Below the pieces are notes generated by a model. It did no database searches. It saw only the letters and a list, made by a program, of their open reading frames with translations, and had not been told where the DNA came from. Below are positions 61,512-64,000 of a DNA stretch of 64,000 bases, piece by piece (within the stretch, counting starts at the first letter, position 1; each line of letters opens with the position of its first letter). The position numbers and the translations under genes are program-made. The stretch covers positions 1 to 64,000 of the forward strand of contig JAUCBJ010000668.1 in the NCBI GenBank assembly GCA_032718475.1, in the 5' to 3' direction. This DNA is from Nemertoderma westbladi. Taxonomy: Eukaryota; Animalia; Xenacoelomorpha.

Positions 61512-64000
61512 CGTTACAACGCCAGATAAAGTTACTTAATATAAATGATTCTCCATAATGTATGATATTTATTAATAGTTAACCAATATTAGTCAGTACC
61601 ATCAGACCATATTCATATATATATATGTTATAATATATCAAATATAATTTGCAATATATAAATCCCGTACCAGTCAGCCAGTAGTGTTTATGTATAGCTA
61701 GAAGAAACAGAGATACAGTGAAATAATATATAATTTCATATAAAGTAGTACTGATGTAGGCTAAGCAGCTAAAGGAGAATTTATAACCTAAAGAATATAA
61801 ATAAACAAAAAACACATATATTAATAATATCAGAATATGGGAATATAGTCGCATCGCAACCAGTTGAAATACCATGCAGCCATGCAGCCATGAGCAGATC
61901 GGATATCAATAACTCTAAGTATAAGATGCGTTTAATATTCCAATGAAAATATTCCAATTTGAGTTGATTGCAGTTAGAGCTAGAATGTGTTAAAGGGAAT
62001 TATGAATCGATTTTACCAGCTTTCATATAATTGTGAAACAAAGTGATGGTTGTTTGGAGACACGGAGAGGAGATACCCAGCTATGCGTATCACACGAACG
62101 GAATACTTTAAGAATAAATCTGCAATCTTATCGACACAACTGCATTTTACCGGTAGTGAATCACTACTTCTATTTTCGCAATATCCTCATCCCCATTATC
62201 TTTGCGCAAGTTTTGACATGAGGACAGGTGACATGCAATCCCGCAATGCAAATGCGAAACCACCTCCACAATAGAATACGTATTTACGGATTACGGATAG
62301 CGATACCACGGGCTGACGGGACACGGGCTGACGGGTGATGTGTAATGGTAGTAGAAGTGTGATCCCATTGTAAGACACCTCAATCTCGAACTCCGAGTTA
62401 TAACAGTTGTTTGATTGAGCACAATGAGCAGTTTAAACATCGTGTTTTAACTCCGTTGTCAATAACGTATTTAATTTATGATGTCGTATATTTCTCCATT
62501 TATTCCAGCGCAGATTAATATGTAAAATCTCGACCGAATCGTATCGAAACCCTTGCGTTAAACGCCAAGAAGTACGTACCGGTACATACAATACTGCATT
62601 ACTACCGTATATAGAACCAGAACCATGCAGCCATGTCCGCTTGGTTTAACCATTCACCATTTAAGATAGTACAGTAGTATCAAATTTCAGCATCTTACGC
62701 TTACAGGCTTATGCAGAAATTGTCGATCTTATCTTGACATACAGACATAAAATCGAACGGGAAAATTAGTTCCTAATTTTAAATTGATTCCTTAGCCTAT
62801 TTAAGCAAGAACATCAATTAACTGCTGTTTAACATTCCTTATTTAAACAATAATTTCATTGTAATGTTGTAGTACTGTAGTACAGTAGTAAGTAATGTGT
62901 ATAAAATAATGTGCAGACATGTGTCAGACAGAAAGTGCTGTAAAATATTGCGCATAAAATAATGCTGTAATGTGCTGTGCCTGTGATGTGCATAAAAAGC
63001 ACATTATAAAATTTGACAACTAAAGTTACAACATGACAACCGGCAGCAGAACGGGAAAAATAATCACGGCGAGGATAACTCAGTCCAAATTATTGCAGTA
63101 TTGTGTCTGGCGGTCTGGCAGTCTGGGTACCGTACTAAAATTAAACACAACAGACAAACTGAAATATAATAATGATACCAGGCAGCCAGGATACAGGTAC
63201 TTGCCAGCTTGTCAGCTTGCAGCTGCAGGCTTGTACAGTTGTAGGCGGTAGTGTAGCGTAGTCTGGTTGCTGGTAGTGCGGTAATTAAGATTACATATTA
63301 AAAGTATAAGATGTAAAAAGTAAACTCGAGAATTATATTGTTATGTAATATTAGTTAGGCGCTAGGCCTATTATAATAATGAAAAAAAAGAAATAATGGT
63401 ACATAAGCAAGCAGGCTATTCGGTATAGGCCTATGCTATAGGCCTATGACTGTACGACATTATGACTGCAGGACTGTATGATAATCCTAATCCTACTGTC
63501 CTAGGAAACTAATATACAAGTTCCTACCTAACAGCCTAATACCTACTCTGCCGTCTGCTAACTCCTGTTAAGGTCAAGGTCAACTGCCTGACTAGCCTAG
63601 CAGCCTAGAGTGTAAGAGCCAAATGTATCTCAAAGGACAGAAGGAACAAAATGATGATATTACAGTTAACGTATTAATGTATTAAGGGCTCAACTGCTAG
63701 AAAAACATTAACAGTTGATTATTGAAAGGAATCGAACAGTCGAAAGTAAAATATGAAATAATGTTGATAAAAAAAAGATTGATTGCGGATGAATGCGATT
63801 CAGCCAATTCATTTTCTTGGACTGTTGGACTTGACTTCTACACCTGCATACTGACTGACTGTAACTATCCTGCTATCCCTGTATCATGTATTTCATTTAT
63901 CCCTACAACTGAACTATCTATCTGAATATAGCAGAAGAACTACACCTGTACACTGTACCGTACCGTACAGATTCATTCAAGATTAAGCAATCACCCAAGA

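Noticed and set aside
56335-61558. Plus-strand and alternative-frame ORFs over TANC, and similar ones over CANT1, TSR3 and the RTE
   Set aside because: Shadow ORFs of GC-rich coding sequence

Overview
AT-rich animal (probably marine invertebrate bilaterian) genomic DNA; no prokaryotic features. The first 41 kb holds ten phase-consistent + strand exons of ZSWIM8 (EBAX-1/Dora, the E3 receptor for target-directed miRNA degradation), entering from upstream. I could not find its conserved C-terminal exons in the window. Its introns carry about 14 kb of satellites, two RTE-clade LINE copies with 11-bp TSDs, a 5'-inverted Penelope-like element with a minimal hammerhead, many non-autonomous DNA transposons and a 542-codon Pro/His-rich ORF in phase with the upstream exon. 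Three genes with uninterrupted coding regions follow: CANT1 (+), TSR3 (+) and TANC/rolling pebbles (-). They may be nested in a ZSWIM8 intron. The most unusual item is at 32933-33020: a tRNA-like element whose anticodon arm is replaced by a type I hammerhead core, with the tRNA variable loop and T-stem serving as cleavage site and stem I. All calls are by eye; no searches or folding programs were run.
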